Assembly (NCBI GenBank): GCA_964452145.1
Contig: CAYVLA010000007.1
Coordinates: forward strand, 19,906-83,905
DNA length: 64,000 bases
Direction: 5' to 3'
From: Candidatus Hadarchaeota archaeon
GTDB lineage: Archaea; CAYQAE01; CAYVLA01
A program made the translations under genes and the position numbers. The notes below the pieces were generated by a model, which worked only from the letters and a program-made list of their open reading frames with translations, ran no database searches and was not told the origin of the DNA. Below are positions 1-9,876 of this stretch, one piece after another. Positions within the stretch are counted from its first letter, which is position 1. Each line of letters starts with the position of its first letter.

Positions 1-622
1 CCAATTCGGGCAGCACCTGCTTGAGATACGCGACTATTCCGACCGTTAGGATGGCCTCGCCGATGCCGATCACGGAATGGTAACCCAGCATCGCCGGAAG
101 GGCTATCGCCATCGGTATGCCGAACGATCCGTTGGAAGCGGAGTAACTGAACCCCAACTCTAGCGCGCAGGCAAGCGACCCGACGAAAACGGCCAACCAC
201 GCTGCTGCGGGAAGCGTCAGCCGCCGGAGGCGCTGGGGGCTAAGAGACAGGACAAAGGCGCTCACCGCGCAGCCGATCACTGCCATGTTCAGCAGATTGA
301 CGCCCAGCGCCGTGATTCCTCCGTCGCCGAAAAGCAGGGCCTGCACAACAAGTATGACGGTGATGACGAGCACGCCAGGCGCGAACCCAAGCAGGATCGT
401 CGCGAGGGCAGCCCCCACCAGGTGGCCGGAAGTGCCTCCGCCAATGGGGAAGTTGAGCATCTGGGCCACGAAGATTCCGGCTGCCAGAAGCGCCATGAAG
501 GGCACCCTGTTGGGGCCAACGGTCTTCGAGGAACGCCGAACTGCAAAGCCAACAACGGCGATGGAAGCAACCCAGCCGATGAGGAGGATGATGGGCCATA
601 TCAATCCGTCGGGGATGTGCAC
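1..622 (-). CDS. cbiM: ECF-type Ni/Co transporter substrate-binding component (CbiM/NikM family), 3'-truncated by window edge
   Basis: Not in ORF track. Manual translation from GTG 622 gives MHIPDGLIWPIILL...AAGIFVAQMLNFPIGGGTSGHLVGAALATILLG...QALLFGDGGITALGVNLLNMA, the MHIPDG and GTSGH signatures of CbiM/NikM. Confidence 0.9.
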   Translation of the reverse strand, partial: MHIPDGLIWPIILLIGWVASIAVVGFAVRRSSKTVGPNRVPFMALLAAGIFVAQMLNFPIGGGTSGHLVGAALATILLGFAPGVLVITVILVVQALLFGDGGITALGVNLLNMAVIGCAVSAFVLSLSPQRLRRLTLPAAAWLAVFVGSLACALELGFSYSASNGSFGIPMAIALPAMLGYHSVIGIGEAILTVGIVAYLKQVLPEL

Positions 623-632
623 AAAAGACACC

Positions 633-672
633 GTGTTACTTTTTGTGACAAACGTGTCAATATAAATGTAAC
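633..672. promoter_or_regulatory. Promoter and candidate metal-regulator operator of cbiM/nikM
   Basis: Minus-strand TTTATA at 661-666; inverted repeats GTTAC(635)...GTAAC(668) and TGACA-N4-TGTCA (646-659). Confidence 0.45.
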
Positions 673-838
673 GCCTTTCCAGATACCGAAGATCGACATG
701 GCCTGAAGACAACCCGCCCCCGATGTCTCAAGGGGCTGAGTGACTGAGCGGGCTAGAGTTATTAGTCGGGGCTCTACCAGCCCCCCAGAAGACCGTGCGA
801 GGCAGCGTGTCGCTGCGGTATCAACGAGAGTGCTTTGC

Positions 839-1447
839 ATGCATCTGTTGCTGATAAGACATGGAGAGAGCGGGGTCGACCAAGCATGCCCCGAGGAGGG
901 CACGCTCACCAAGAACGGCGTTCGCCAGGCCGAGCTGGCCGGAGAGGCCTTGATTGGTCAGGGAATCGAAAGGATGTTTTCGAGTCCCTACCCGAGGGCG
1001 ATGCAGACCGCCCTGAACATCTCCAGGAAGATCGGCCTGCCCGTCGAGATTCGCCACAGGCTCCATGAGAAAAGCGGACCGGGCAAGCGAGAAACAAGAA
1101 GCGAGATCGTGGCGAAGTTCCCCCAGTTCATCGTCCCCAAGGATATGCCCGAGGCGTGGTGGCCCGATCGCGATGAGACCTGGGAGGATGTCTATTCGAG
1201 GGTTCGACCCCTGATTGCAGAATTCCAGTCGATGGAAGGCAAGCACGAGAGGATCGCCGCCGTCGCGCATGGAGGATCCATAGACGCCATAGCCTCCGTC
1301 TGGGTGGATTGCCCGCCCATGATCCAGTCAAGGTTCTACCATCACAACTGTTGCTTCACCCTTCTTTCCTACCGGGAGGGGAGGGCAAGGATACACTACG
1401 TCAACCAGGTGGGTCACCTGGGATCCCGGGAGCTCTTCTTCTACTGA
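839..1447 (+). CDS. Histidine phosphatase (phosphoglycerate mutase-like) family protein
   Basis: LLIRHGES, SSPYPRAMQTA and AVAHGG motifs; start moved to ATG 839. Confidence 0.9.
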   Translation: MHLLLIRHGESGVDQACPEEGTLTKNGVRQAELAGEALIGQGIERMFSSPYPRAMQTALNISRKIGLPVEIRHRLHEKSGPGKRETRSEIVAKFPQFIVPKDMPEAWWPDRDETWEDVYSRVRPLIAEFQSMEGKHERIAAVAHGGSIDAIASVWVDCPPMIQSRFYHHNCCFTLLSYREGRARIHYVNQVGHLGSRELFFY

Positions 1448-1515
1448 CGGCTCGGTGCGTTCCCCTCAAAGAGTCGCGGTCGATGCTGGACGGCTGGCCA
1501 GGCGAGCGACAGATC

Positions 1516-2553
1516 TCACAACATCTGCTCTAGGAACTTGAATGCCCCCTTTCCATAGAACTGGTGTTCCCCTTCGAAGATCTCCAAGCCCAACTTCTCC
1601 GGGCACCCGAGGGCCTTGTAGACCGCCCGGGCCTTCCTGATCGCCGTCCGGGTTGCCTTATATGGGAAGATGCCATCCTTGGTTCCGCTCTCAGCAAAGA
1701 GCGCCCTTGGTGCGATCAGGCCTGCGATGTCGTACATCTCGGCGTATCGGAGAATTCCGGGCACATAGTTGTCCATGCAATGCGACAGGCTGAAGATGCT
1801 GGCCTTGAAGGTGTTGAAGTAACCGCTAACCACGGCCACCTTCACGCGCTCATCCAAAGCCGCGAGGTGAAAGGTCGTGGTCCCTCCGCCTGAGATCCCC
1901 ATCGCGGCCATCCGTGCGGGGTCCACCTCTTTTCTGGTCTGCATGTAGTCAAGGGCCCTCACGGCGTCGTAGACCCTCCAGCCTATCATCGTCTGGCCCA
2001 GCAGCAGGGCTGCGCCTGAGGCAGGTTGGCATGAGGAATTGCCCGGACCTCCCTTCCTGGCCCTCTCATCCCTGCGCCTGCCAAATCCCAGCTGCTCGAT
2101 CGCCAGGGTCGCGAAGCCGCGGTCGACGCACTGAAGCGCGAAATCTCTTTGGTACTCCCCGTATTCGCTTCTCTGGGTTCCGTCCTCGGCTATGCCGACT
2201 ATGCTATCCACGCCCCTGCCATGTCCGTGCAGGCACAGAACGGCGGGCAGGGGGGCCTCCGGAACCGGTTTGGGAAGCAGGTAGTAGCCAAAGACGGAGA
2301 GGTTGTTCCTGCTTCGGGACACGACCCTCTCCCTGGTATAGCCTCCGAAATCCTCTATGCCGAGGCTCTGTGGACGCAGAGAGCACTTTCTGATGGGAGA
2401 CTCCCCGAGAAGCTCGACTAGCTTGCCCCGTAGCTTTCTCTGCCAGATCTCAGTCTCCCTTGCAGTTCGCGCGTCGAACGTCATCTGGGGTCTGTTGGAC
2501 CTGTACTCCTTGAGGGAAAACGCCAGCGTGTCGAAGCAAGGTTCCTCTGCCAA
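1516..2553 (-). CDS. Alpha/beta hydrolase (dienelactone hydrolase/acetyl esterase-like)
   Basis: PAVLCLHGHG, nucleophile elbow GISGGG, GTKDGIF, EGEH; start uncertain. Confidence 0.85.
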   Translation of the reverse strand: MAEEPCFDTLAFSLKEYRSNRPQMTFDARTARETEIWQRKLRGKLVELLGESPIRKCSLRPQSLGIEDFGGYTRERVVSRSRNNLSVFGYYLLPKPVPEAPLPAVLCLHGHGRGVDSIVGIAEDGTQRSEYGEYQRDFALQCVDRGFATLAIEQLGFGRRRDERARKGGPGNSSCQPASGAALLLGQTMIGWRVYDAVRALDYMQTRKEVDPARMAAMGISGGGTTTFHLAALDERVKVAVVSGYFNTFKASIFSLSHCMDNYVPGILRYAEMYDIAGLIAPRALFAESGTKDGIFPYKATRTAIRKARAVYKALGCPEKLGLEIFEGEHQFYGKGAFKFLEQML

Positions 2554-2762
2554 ATCGCATCCTCTCCTACGCATCGTTGGACCGCCCCAGGCTCCCTGAG
2601 TCCTCGATCGTCGGAGGCCTGAACTCAAAGTAGTCCTGGCGCTCGTCGCGCCTGATTCTTCAGGCCCTTAAGATATTTCGGTGGGAGCCGATGCCGCAGG
2701 TCAAAGCCATTTCGCTGGATTGAACCAAATGATTTAACTTGGAGATGGTCGTCCCCTGGAGC

Positions 2763-4004
2763 ATGGGGTCCCATGCTCTTGTAGGCGTGGGGCTTGTCTT
2801 GTTGGTGCTTTGCCCCCCGGCACCGGCCGCCAAGGAGCCGGACATAATCGATGTGCTCTACATCTCCCGCTCGCTTTTCCAAGGCGGGATGACGGACAGG
2901 ATGCTTTCGTATGACCCCTCGATTTCGACCTACGCTGTCCCGACGGCTGGACACTACTCCATCTCGGACCTGGGGAAGGACCCGGAGATGATGAACAGGA
3001 TCATGAGGATCTACATGCCCCGGTCCTTCGAGCAACTCGTGGATAGGACCGACCTGATCCTGTTGCACGAAGCCCCGTGCGGAAGCACGGCCTTTCCCCA
3101 GGTCTTCTTCGATCACAGGTGGATCTCGTGGTTCGCCAAAGCCGTCCAAGAAAGGGGGATGCCATTCAGCATGTGGGGAGGGGATGCCTCCTGGGGCGGC
3201 GTGGGCGAGGGCTCGTACAAGTCGTGGGGAGATACCATCCTCGGCATCATCTTGCCTTTCGAGTGCCTGCCTGGTTACAATCCCGATTATGCCGGCCACC
3301 AGCTTCCGCGGTTCGTCGATCAGAATCATCCCTTGGCCAGGCTTCCATGGGCGGAGTCAGGTCCGGTGGAGCTGCTGAACAAGGTCAAGGTTAGAGAAGG
3401 GGCCATCCTGGTTGCGGAGGCCGTGGGATCGAACGTGGCTTATCCGTGGATCGCATGGTGGGTCTCGGGTCAGGGGAAGGTCGTGGGGGAGACTCAGGTC
3501 TTCGGGAGCCATGGCACCACGAACAGGATGCTGCAGTACTGGAGATGGTACCAAGACTTCGTGATCTATCTCGTATACTTCGCGGCCGACAAGCCCATTC
3601 CCGACGATGTTTACCGGGCCCACCGTCTCCGAGAGGAAATCAACCTGCACAACGATAATGCCGTGTTGTTGGTGTCTCTCCTCGAGTTCGTTGAGAAGTT
3701 CGGGGCAAGAACGGGCCAGCTCTATGCCGATCTAGATGCTATCAACAGGCGCGAGAAGGAGGGTGAAGCGTTGTACAGGGAGAACGACTACGATGAGGCT
3801 AGCCGGGTCTTCGAGGAGATCAAGGATCTCTGGGCCGAGCTCAACGAGAAAGCGGTTCAAGCCAAGGACAAGGCACTCGTCTGGGTCTATCTCACCGAAT
3901 GGTTCTCGGTGACGGGAGCGTCGCTGGTCACCGGGTTCGTACTATGGTCCCTGATGGTCAAGAGGACTTTGTATCGAGCGGTTGGCGCGACGCGGGTCGT
4001 CTGA
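2763..4004 (+). CDS. Secreted, C-terminally membrane-anchored protein of unnamed paralog family (copy 1)
   Basis: N-terminal signal peptide, RIYMPR, FVEKFGA, C-terminal ALVWVYLTEW...LWSLMVKRTLYRAV; homologous to 17977-19257 and 37494-38729. Confidence 0.85.
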   Translation: MGSHALVGVGLVLLVLCPPAPAAKEPDIIDVLYISRSLFQGGMTDRMLSYDPSISTYAVPTAGHYSISDLGKDPEMMNRIMRIYMPRSFEQLVDRTDLILLHEAPCGSTAFPQVFFDHRWISWFAKAVQERGMPFSMWGGDASWGGVGEGSYKSWGDTILGIILPFECLPGYNPDYAGHQLPRFVDQNHPLARLPWAESGPVELLNKVKVREGAILVAEAVGSNVAYPWIAWWVSGQGKVVGETQVFGSHGTTNRMLQYWRWYQDFVIYLVYFAADKPIPDDVYRAHRLREEINLHNDNAVLLVSLLEFVEKFGARTGQLYADLDAINRREKEGEALYRENDYDEASRVFEEIKDLWAELNEKAVQAKDKALVWVYLTEWFSVTGASLVTGFVLWSLMVKRTLYRAVGATRVV

Positions 4005-4040
4005 TGGGGATTAGTCATCACGGCCATTCTCCCCTTCTTT

Positions 4041-5645
4041 TCATCTGCTTCTCTCCAGCACCAGGACCCAGTCCTGAAATATCGGCGGCCTGGGGGATCG
4101 CCAGTCACCGTTGGAATCCGGGCGAGCTCTGCCCGCGGGATAGGTCCTACCATTCTTGGGATCTATCAGCGAGGCCTTGTAGGACAGACCCTCCTCCAGT
4201 GCCTTGACCACCACGGTTCTGGACGACGGCAGGTACATCACCCGTACCTGGCCCGGGATGCCGGCAGCGTAGGGAAGGAAGTAGTCCTCTCCGCCGGAGT
4301 GGGGCTCGACCCACTCCTGGTGGGGCTCGAAGTCCCAGCATGGGAACCTCTCAAGTATCCTCTTCCCCAAAGCCAGGTGTCTTGATCCAGGCAAATGGTA
4401 GGCCTCCTCCCACGGAGTATCCCCCCAGGAGGAACCGTGGGGCGAGGGACCGAAGGGCTTCTCTTCGGTGTTGACCTGCCATATCCCGTTGGCTCCATAC
4501 GTGTGGCCGCCCGCTCCGAGCAAGAAGGAGGACCAGAACGCCAGCCTCTGGATCTCGGAGCGACTGGCCTCCAGTATGCCTTCGTAGCATACCTCGCCCA
4601 CGACGACGGGCATTCTAGGTTCTCGACGCAGGGATTCCATGACGCTCTTGGCGTGATTGGGGATGCTCTGCCTGTCGCTGTGGCCGGTCTGCAGCATATC
4701 CAGGTCCAGGACCGAGGCATCCTCCACCTGATCCCGGCCGAAGTTGTTCGGATGTATCGTCATCGGATGCCGGTGGGGATCAGTCGCCCGCAGGTACCTT
4801 GCTATCTCCGTCCACCCGGATTTCTGGAAAGCTTTCTCCTCCTCCTTCCTCTCGGACAGGTAATAGGGCATTGTGGCCTCCCCTGCAAGGCACCAGATGA
4901 CGGGATAGCATCCGTACCTGGCAACTAGGTAGCGCCAGTGCTGTTTCATCTTGGCCACGCCCATCCACGGGAGAAAGTAGCCCCAGCAGCCGACGATGCA
5001 CGGCACAAGTCCGGTGCGCACCAACCACTCGATGCGCAGGTCGGCCATGTCGAAGTACGCGGGGTTGATGCGCGCGTACCGTCTCTCCCACGGGTATCCA
5101 GCTTCGTTGGCGCCCCGTTGATCGAAGGGAGGCATGTCAGGATACAGCCCGGCCACTATCTGTACGACCGTGAAGCCGAGCTCCTTTCTGTCGGCAGCCA
5201 GAAGCTTGAAATCCTCCGGCCAACCCAGCCGCCTGCAAAGACCCATCCACCAGGTGTCGCCAAGCCAGAAGAAGGGGGTCCCGTCAGCATGCTCCAAGTG
5301 TCGACCATCCCGGCTTACGCGCAAGCTCCCATGCTTGATGAGGGGGTTATCTCCGCGGTATTCCACTGCCCTGAGTTCACCGGTTCGATTGCTCAGGGAC
5401 TCATTTTCCGGATCAGAGCAAACGCTGCGGTAGGTATATCTGCCAGGGTGCGGAGGTGCGAACCTTATCCTCCACTCCTCTTCTCCAGCCCAGAAAGCCG
5501 GTACTCCCCATTCGTTTCCGGATTCGTCAGAGAAGATCACATCCAGCTCCAGTGCATTGAAAGGGTCCCTGTAGACCTCGCTGCTTTGGAAGGACCACTC
5601 GGTCGCCTGGTTGGTAGCGCAATTGATCCTGCGTGCCACAGTCAC
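4041..5645 (-). CDS. DUF5060/DUF4038 putative glycoside hydrolase (apiosidase-like)
   Basis: PAFWAG..WRIRFAP, DGTPFFWLGDTWW, WCLAGE, QTGH, EVCYEG, GHTYGANGIW. Confidence 0.85.
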   Translation of the reverse strand: MTVARRINCATNQATEWSFQSSEVYRDPFNALELDVIFSDESGNEWGVPAFWAGEEEWRIRFAPPHPGRYTYRSVCSDPENESLSNRTGELRAVEYRGDNPLIKHGSLRVSRDGRHLEHADGTPFFWLGDTWWMGLCRRLGWPEDFKLLAADRKELGFTVVQIVAGLYPDMPPFDQRGANEAGYPWERRYARINPAYFDMADLRIEWLVRTGLVPCIVGCWGYFLPWMGVAKMKQHWRYLVARYGCYPVIWCLAGEATMPYYLSERKEEEKAFQKSGWTEIARYLRATDPHRHPMTIHPNNFGRDQVEDASVLDLDMLQTGHSDRQSIPNHAKSVMESLRREPRMPVVVGEVCYEGILEASRSEIQRLAFWSSFLLGAGGHTYGANGIWQVNTEEKPFGPSPHGSSWGDTPWEEAYHLPGSRHLALGKRILERFPCWDFEPHQEWVEPHSGGEDYFLPYAAGIPGQVRVMYLPSSRTVVVKALEEGLSYKASLIDPKNGRTYPAGRARPDSNGDWRSPRPPIFQDWVLVLERSR

Positions 5646-5982
5646 GCCTCGTGGCCAAGCTTTATGTCTGGCAGATAAAGATTACCCGAGACCGAGACCT
5701 AAGATCCTCTACAGATTCCCTGTTTTGGCGCATGTAGGTTACCTCGAGGTTTGCAGGGTCCGCGGCCTTCCCCCCCAACGAATCGAAAGGCAAGGAATTC
5801 CTTTCACATCGGTCGCAGCCGTCAGACAGGCAGATCGGATTCCTCACCATCACGCCGTTCCATCGAAGATCCTTACCGAACAGCTTGACGAAGGTTCAGG
5901 GAACCCTTCAAACCCGGGAAACTTCCACAGGCCCTTACCCAATTCCCCACCTTTATATCCCAACCGGCGCTTCGCCAATTGG

Positions 5983-6447
5983 ATGCGCAGGCAGTTTCTG
6001 GTTCCACTTCTGAACTCCTTGCTGTGTGCCCTGATCATTGGCATCTGCGTCTCAGTGTTCCTGACTCGAGGTCTGGGGCTCTATGCTGCAAGGGCGACCG
6101 GGAAGTCCATGCTGCCAACCATTCCCAGCGACGCGCTCATCATCCTCGCCCGCAGGCAGCCCAGTGTGGGTGACATCGTCCACGTCAAGAACCAGAGATA
6201 CAACTACGTCCATAGGCTCATTGGGATCGACGGGGAGGATGTGTCGACCAAGGGTGATAACTGCGATGAACCGGAGTACGCCGCGATCGACGACATCATG
6301 GGAGTCGTCGTACTATACGCGCCTTTCAAGGTGTTCCTCGTCTTCGTCATGGGCATAGTGGGCTCCGAGGCCACACTGGCGGGTACCTGGTCCTTTTCAA
6401 TGCTTAGGGATGCCTGGCGGAAGAGGCACTCATCCATCGGTCTTTAA
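5983..6447 (+). CDS. Signal peptidase I, archaeal/SEC11-type (S26)
   Basis: TM segment then GKSMLPTI (Ser), YVHRL (His), TKGDN; TTTATA at 5952-5957. Confidence 0.8.
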   Translation: MRRQFLVPLLNSLLCALIIGICVSVFLTRGLGLYAARATGKSMLPTIPSDALIILARRQPSVGDIVHVKNQRYNYVHRLIGIDGEDVSTKGDNCDEPEYAAIDDIMGVVVLYAPFKVFLVFVMGIVGSEATLAGTWSFSMLRDAWRKRHSSIGL

Positions 6448-6575
6448 CAACCCTGCTCCTTGGCTTGCATGGGGAGCGGAGAGCCCGGGGGGAACAGAAT
6501 CGATGCCCCGCGAATCCACACACCCCGAAAAGATATTTACTCGACTGCAACGGGCACGACTTGGTTGCTGGGTCA

Positions 6576-7946
6576 ATGGCAGGAAAGGAGTTCGATCTTA
6601 CCCCAAGGCAAACACGGCGAGTGGAGACCAGACATCGGAGAATTGTGACCAAGTTCCCCGTGCCACAGTCCCTGCCGGTTCTTCGCAAGTTGCGCAGATA
6701 CGAGCCCCGATCCATGGGGGGCCAGCCTCCCGTCGTATGGGATCATGCCGAGGGATTCCAGGTCTGGGATGCCTACGGCAACATGTGGATCGATTGGAGT
6801 TCTGGTGTTCTCGTCGCAAGCGCCGGACACGGGCGGGACACCATTGTGGACGCCATAGTTCACCAAGCCCACAGCAAACTTCTCCACAACTACTGCTTCC
6901 CGAGCGCGATCAGAGCGGAACTGGCCGAGAAACTGGTCTCGCTGGCACCAAAGAGAATAAGCAAGTGCTTCCTGCTCACTACCGGCGCCGAGGCAACCGA
7001 GAACGTCGTCAAGCTGGGCCGGACCTACGGCAGATCGCTGAGCAAGACGAAGACCGTGATCGTGACCTTCGAGAACGCCTTCCATGGCAGAACCATGGGG
7101 GCCCAGCTTGCCGGTGGGATCCCGGAACTAAAGAACTGGCTGGCCGGCTTGGACACGGGCTTCGTTCAGGTCCCCTTTCCGGACGGCTTCCGGTGCGAGG
7201 ATCAGAGCTTCGAGCTGTTTGAGACACGCCTGAAAGAGAAAGGGGTCAGGGCAGCGGATGTTGCCTGCGTCATGACCGAGACCTACCAAGGCGGCGGGGC
7301 AAGCTTTGCCCCAAAGCAATACATCAAGGAACTGCGTGAGTGGTGCGATGAAAACGGTGCACTTCTCGCCTTTGATGAGATCCAGGCAGGGTTCGGGAGG
7401 ACGGGGAAGCTCTGGGGTTTCGAGCATTACGGCGTCGTTCCCGACCTGATATGCTGTGGAAAGGCGATATCAAGTTCTCTGCCTCTCTCGGCGGTGCTGG
7501 GCCGCGGTGATGTGATGGATCTCTACGCCCCGGGGACGATGACCAGCACCCACAGCGGGAACCCCGTCTGCTGCGCCGCGGCACTTGCCAACATCCAGAC
7601 GATCGAGAGCGAGGACCTAATCGGCAACGCACTGAAGGTTGGGAGGATTCTGCACTCTTCTCTGGAGAAGGTCAGAAGAAGGCATGCCGATGTCATTGGA
7701 GCCGTTCACGGCAAGGGACTGGTGGCAGGGGTCCACATCGTGAAGGCCGGAACCAAGGAGCCCGACGGGGATCTGGCCTTCAGAATTGTCGAGGAATGCG
7801 TCAGGGGAGGGCTTCTGATGTTCAGCCCGGTGGGCTTCGGTAGCGCCACGGTGAAGATAAGTCCGCCCCTTGTGATCACCGCGGAGGCCATCAAGGAAGG
7901 CGTCGAGGTGCTTGAGGAAGCCATTGCGGAAGCTAGAAAACCCTAG
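6576..7946 (+). CDS. Class III PLP aminotransferase (GABA/ornithine aminotransferase-like)
   Basis: TTGAEATE, AFHGRT, DEIQAGFGRTG, CGKAISS, STHSGNP. Confidence 0.92.
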   Translation: MAGKEFDLTPRQTRRVETRHRRIVTKFPVPQSLPVLRKLRRYEPRSMGGQPPVVWDHAEGFQVWDAYGNMWIDWSSGVLVASAGHGRDTIVDAIVHQAHSKLLHNYCFPSAIRAELAEKLVSLAPKRISKCFLLTTGAEATENVVKLGRTYGRSLSKTKTVIVTFENAFHGRTMGAQLAGGIPELKNWLAGLDTGFVQVPFPDGFRCEDQSFELFETRLKEKGVRAADVACVMTETYQGGGASFAPKQYIKELREWCDENGALLAFDEIQAGFGRTGKLWGFEHYGVVPDLICCGKAISSSLPLSAVLGRGDVMDLYAPGTMTSTHSGNPVCCAAALANIQTIESEDLIGNALKVGRILHSSLEKVRRRHADVIGAVHGKGLVAGVHIVKAGTKEPDGDLAFRIVEECVRGGLLMFSPVGFGSATVKISPPLVITAEAIKEGVEVLEEAIAEARKP

Positions 7947-8095
7947 ACGGATCTCCCTTTCGGTCTGGGAGACCTTGTTGGGCGACGAGTTCCGCTTCCC
8001 GAGCATCCGACCTCTCCAGATGATGATCGGCTCTGGGCGGTTGCACAGATCCGACTTGCGCACGATTTATATTATGCATGGCCTCGTGCGTGCAC

Positions 8096-9301
8096 ATGGA
8101 CGACAAACTGAACATCCTGGTGGTTGGAGGAGGAATGATCACCGAGGAGGTCATACTTCCCACCATGTTCCAGGAGAAAAGGCGAGGCCTAGTAGGTGAG
8201 ATACTCGTTGCCAGCCGGAGACCGAGCACCATCTCCCGTCTGCGCCACGCATTCCCGGACGAAGAGTTCAAGGCATTCCCCGACCCCTCAGATCACCCTC
8301 TCGAGTCCTCCCATCCTCTCTGCTATCGAGATGCCCTAAAGCAGCTCGCGCACCCAGGAGCCGTCATCGTGGCGACTCCCGATCATCTGCACACCGAGGT
8401 CGTTATCAGCGCTTTGGATCACGGATTCGACTGCATAGTCCAGAAACCTCTCTGCCTGAAGACCGCGGAGGCGAATGCCATCGCCCGGAAGGCGAGGGAG
8501 AAGGCCGCCTACGTCTACACGGACTATCACAAGAGACATGACAAGGCCATAAGGGCGGCTAGGTACCGGTACATGAGGGGAGAGCTGGGGCAGATGCTTC
8601 ACGGCCACGCCTGGATCGAAGAGAGAAGGGAGATGTCACTGAAGGTCTTCCAGAACTGGGCCGAGAAGAGTTCTCCCTTCGAATACATCGGAGTGCACTA
8701 CGTCGACGCCTACTACTACATCACCGGCCTCAGGCCCGTCCGGGTCATCGCCTTCGGGCAGAAGAAGTTCCTGCCAAGGCACGGCAAGGACTGCTTCGAC
8801 GCGGTGCAGGCGGTGATAGAGTGGGAAGACGGCTCCGTCCTCTTCGTTCAGACCTCGTGGGTGCTCCCGGATTCCAACCCGAACCTGACGAACCAGGGGC
8901 TCCAGCTCACGGGAACGGAAGGCACCTACGCTGCCGACCACGCCAACAGAAACTGCAACTTCGTAACCACAGCCCACGGGACCGAGACCTACAATCCCTA
9001 CTTCTTCAAGCCCTACCCTGACTGGGATGACCCTGGGAAGACGGAGTGGGCCGGGTACGGGGGGGATAGCCTGGTCCAGCCCATCCATGACCTTCTCAGC
9101 ATTCATCGCCGGACGAAAGGTCTGGCGGAACCCGAGGCCAAGGCGGTCAGGCTGAGGATCCTGGAGGAGCTGGGGAAGGTCCGTCCACTGCCCGAACAGG
9201 CGCTAATCGGGACCGCTGTCAACGAAGCGGTGAGGCTTAGCATGACCAATGGCTCCAGAGCGGTGGTCTTCGGAGAGGGCATGACACCAATGCTGACCTA
9301 G
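8096..9301 (+). CDS. Gfo/Idh/MocA family oxidoreductase
   Basis: LVVGGGMI, VATPDHLH, VQKPL, YHKRHD, GVHYVD. Confidence 0.88.
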   Translation: MDDKLNILVVGGGMITEEVILPTMFQEKRRGLVGEILVASRRPSTISRLRHAFPDEEFKAFPDPSDHPLESSHPLCYRDALKQLAHPGAVIVATPDHLHTEVVISALDHGFDCIVQKPLCLKTAEANAIARKAREKAAYVYTDYHKRHDKAIRAARYRYMRGELGQMLHGHAWIEERREMSLKVFQNWAEKSSPFEYIGVHYVDAYYYITGLRPVRVIAFGQKKFLPRHGKDCFDAVQAVIEWEDGSVLFVQTSWVLPDSNPNLTNQGLQLTGTEGTYAADHANRNCNFVTTAHGTETYNPYFFKPYPDWDDPGKTEWAGYGGDSLVQPIHDLLSIHRRTKGLAEPEAKAVRLRILEELGKVRPLPEQALIGTAVNEAVRLSMTNGSRAVVFGEGMTPMLT

Positions 9302-9580
9302 CAGGAGGGTCCGGACCTGACAAGACGCGCACGCGTTCAGAAGCGGCCGGGGAGCGAAGGGTAGAGGTACCTGAAAGCACCACACCAACTGGGGATGGAG
9401 CAAGGGTCGTTGATCGACTCGCTTGAATGATGAGAGGCGAAGGCCCCGGCTTGAGACTGGTGTTAGCAGGGTTCAAGAGGATCTTCGACGATTTCGAATC
9501 CCAGTCTCGGAGAATTCGCACATCAGAACCCGGGCGGACGTACGTCCCCTGGGACACCGGTCGACGAAGAGGAGACCGAC

Positions 9581-9760
9581 TCAGTACTTCAGCATGATGG
9601 ATATCTTGTGCTTGTCCCAGTAGTCTCTGTGCTTCATGAAGATGTGGTTGTTCAGCTCGTTGCGCCTGTGAAGTCTCTTGCATCTGGGGCAACGAACCTG
9701 ATAGTCTGTCCTCTTCCTCTTCAGCAGGCTGTAGACTATCTCGTCCTCGTTGATTGCCAC
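9581..9760 (-). CDS. Small C2H2-type zinc-finger protein (59 aa)
   Basis: Missed by ORF track. GTG-start ORF MAINEDEIVYSLLKRKRTDYQVRCPRCKRLHRRNELNNHIFMKHRDYWDKHKISIMLKY with C-x2-C-x11-H-x4-H; AT-rich promoter-like region directly upstream. Confidence 0.7.
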   Translation of the reverse strand: MAINEDEIVYSLLKRKRTDYQVRCPRCKRLHRRNELNNHIFMKHRDYWDKHKISIMLKY

Positions 9761-9876
9761 GCAACAATATAATTGTTAGGAAAATTTAGTGATTTTGTAG
9801 AAAATGGCTGTTATTTGTAACGTTATGGTTTACCTTTGGCGGCTTTCTTTACCCCGGAATGCCCAGGGATCGGCTC

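Noticed and set aside
5650..5940. Short minus-strand ORF with CxxxxCxxC
   Set aside because: No recognisable homology, start context weak
9422..9477. ATGATGA flanked by CTTGAA/TTCAAG, possible C/D box sRNA
   Set aside because: No properly placed CTGA D box or convincing C'/D' boxes
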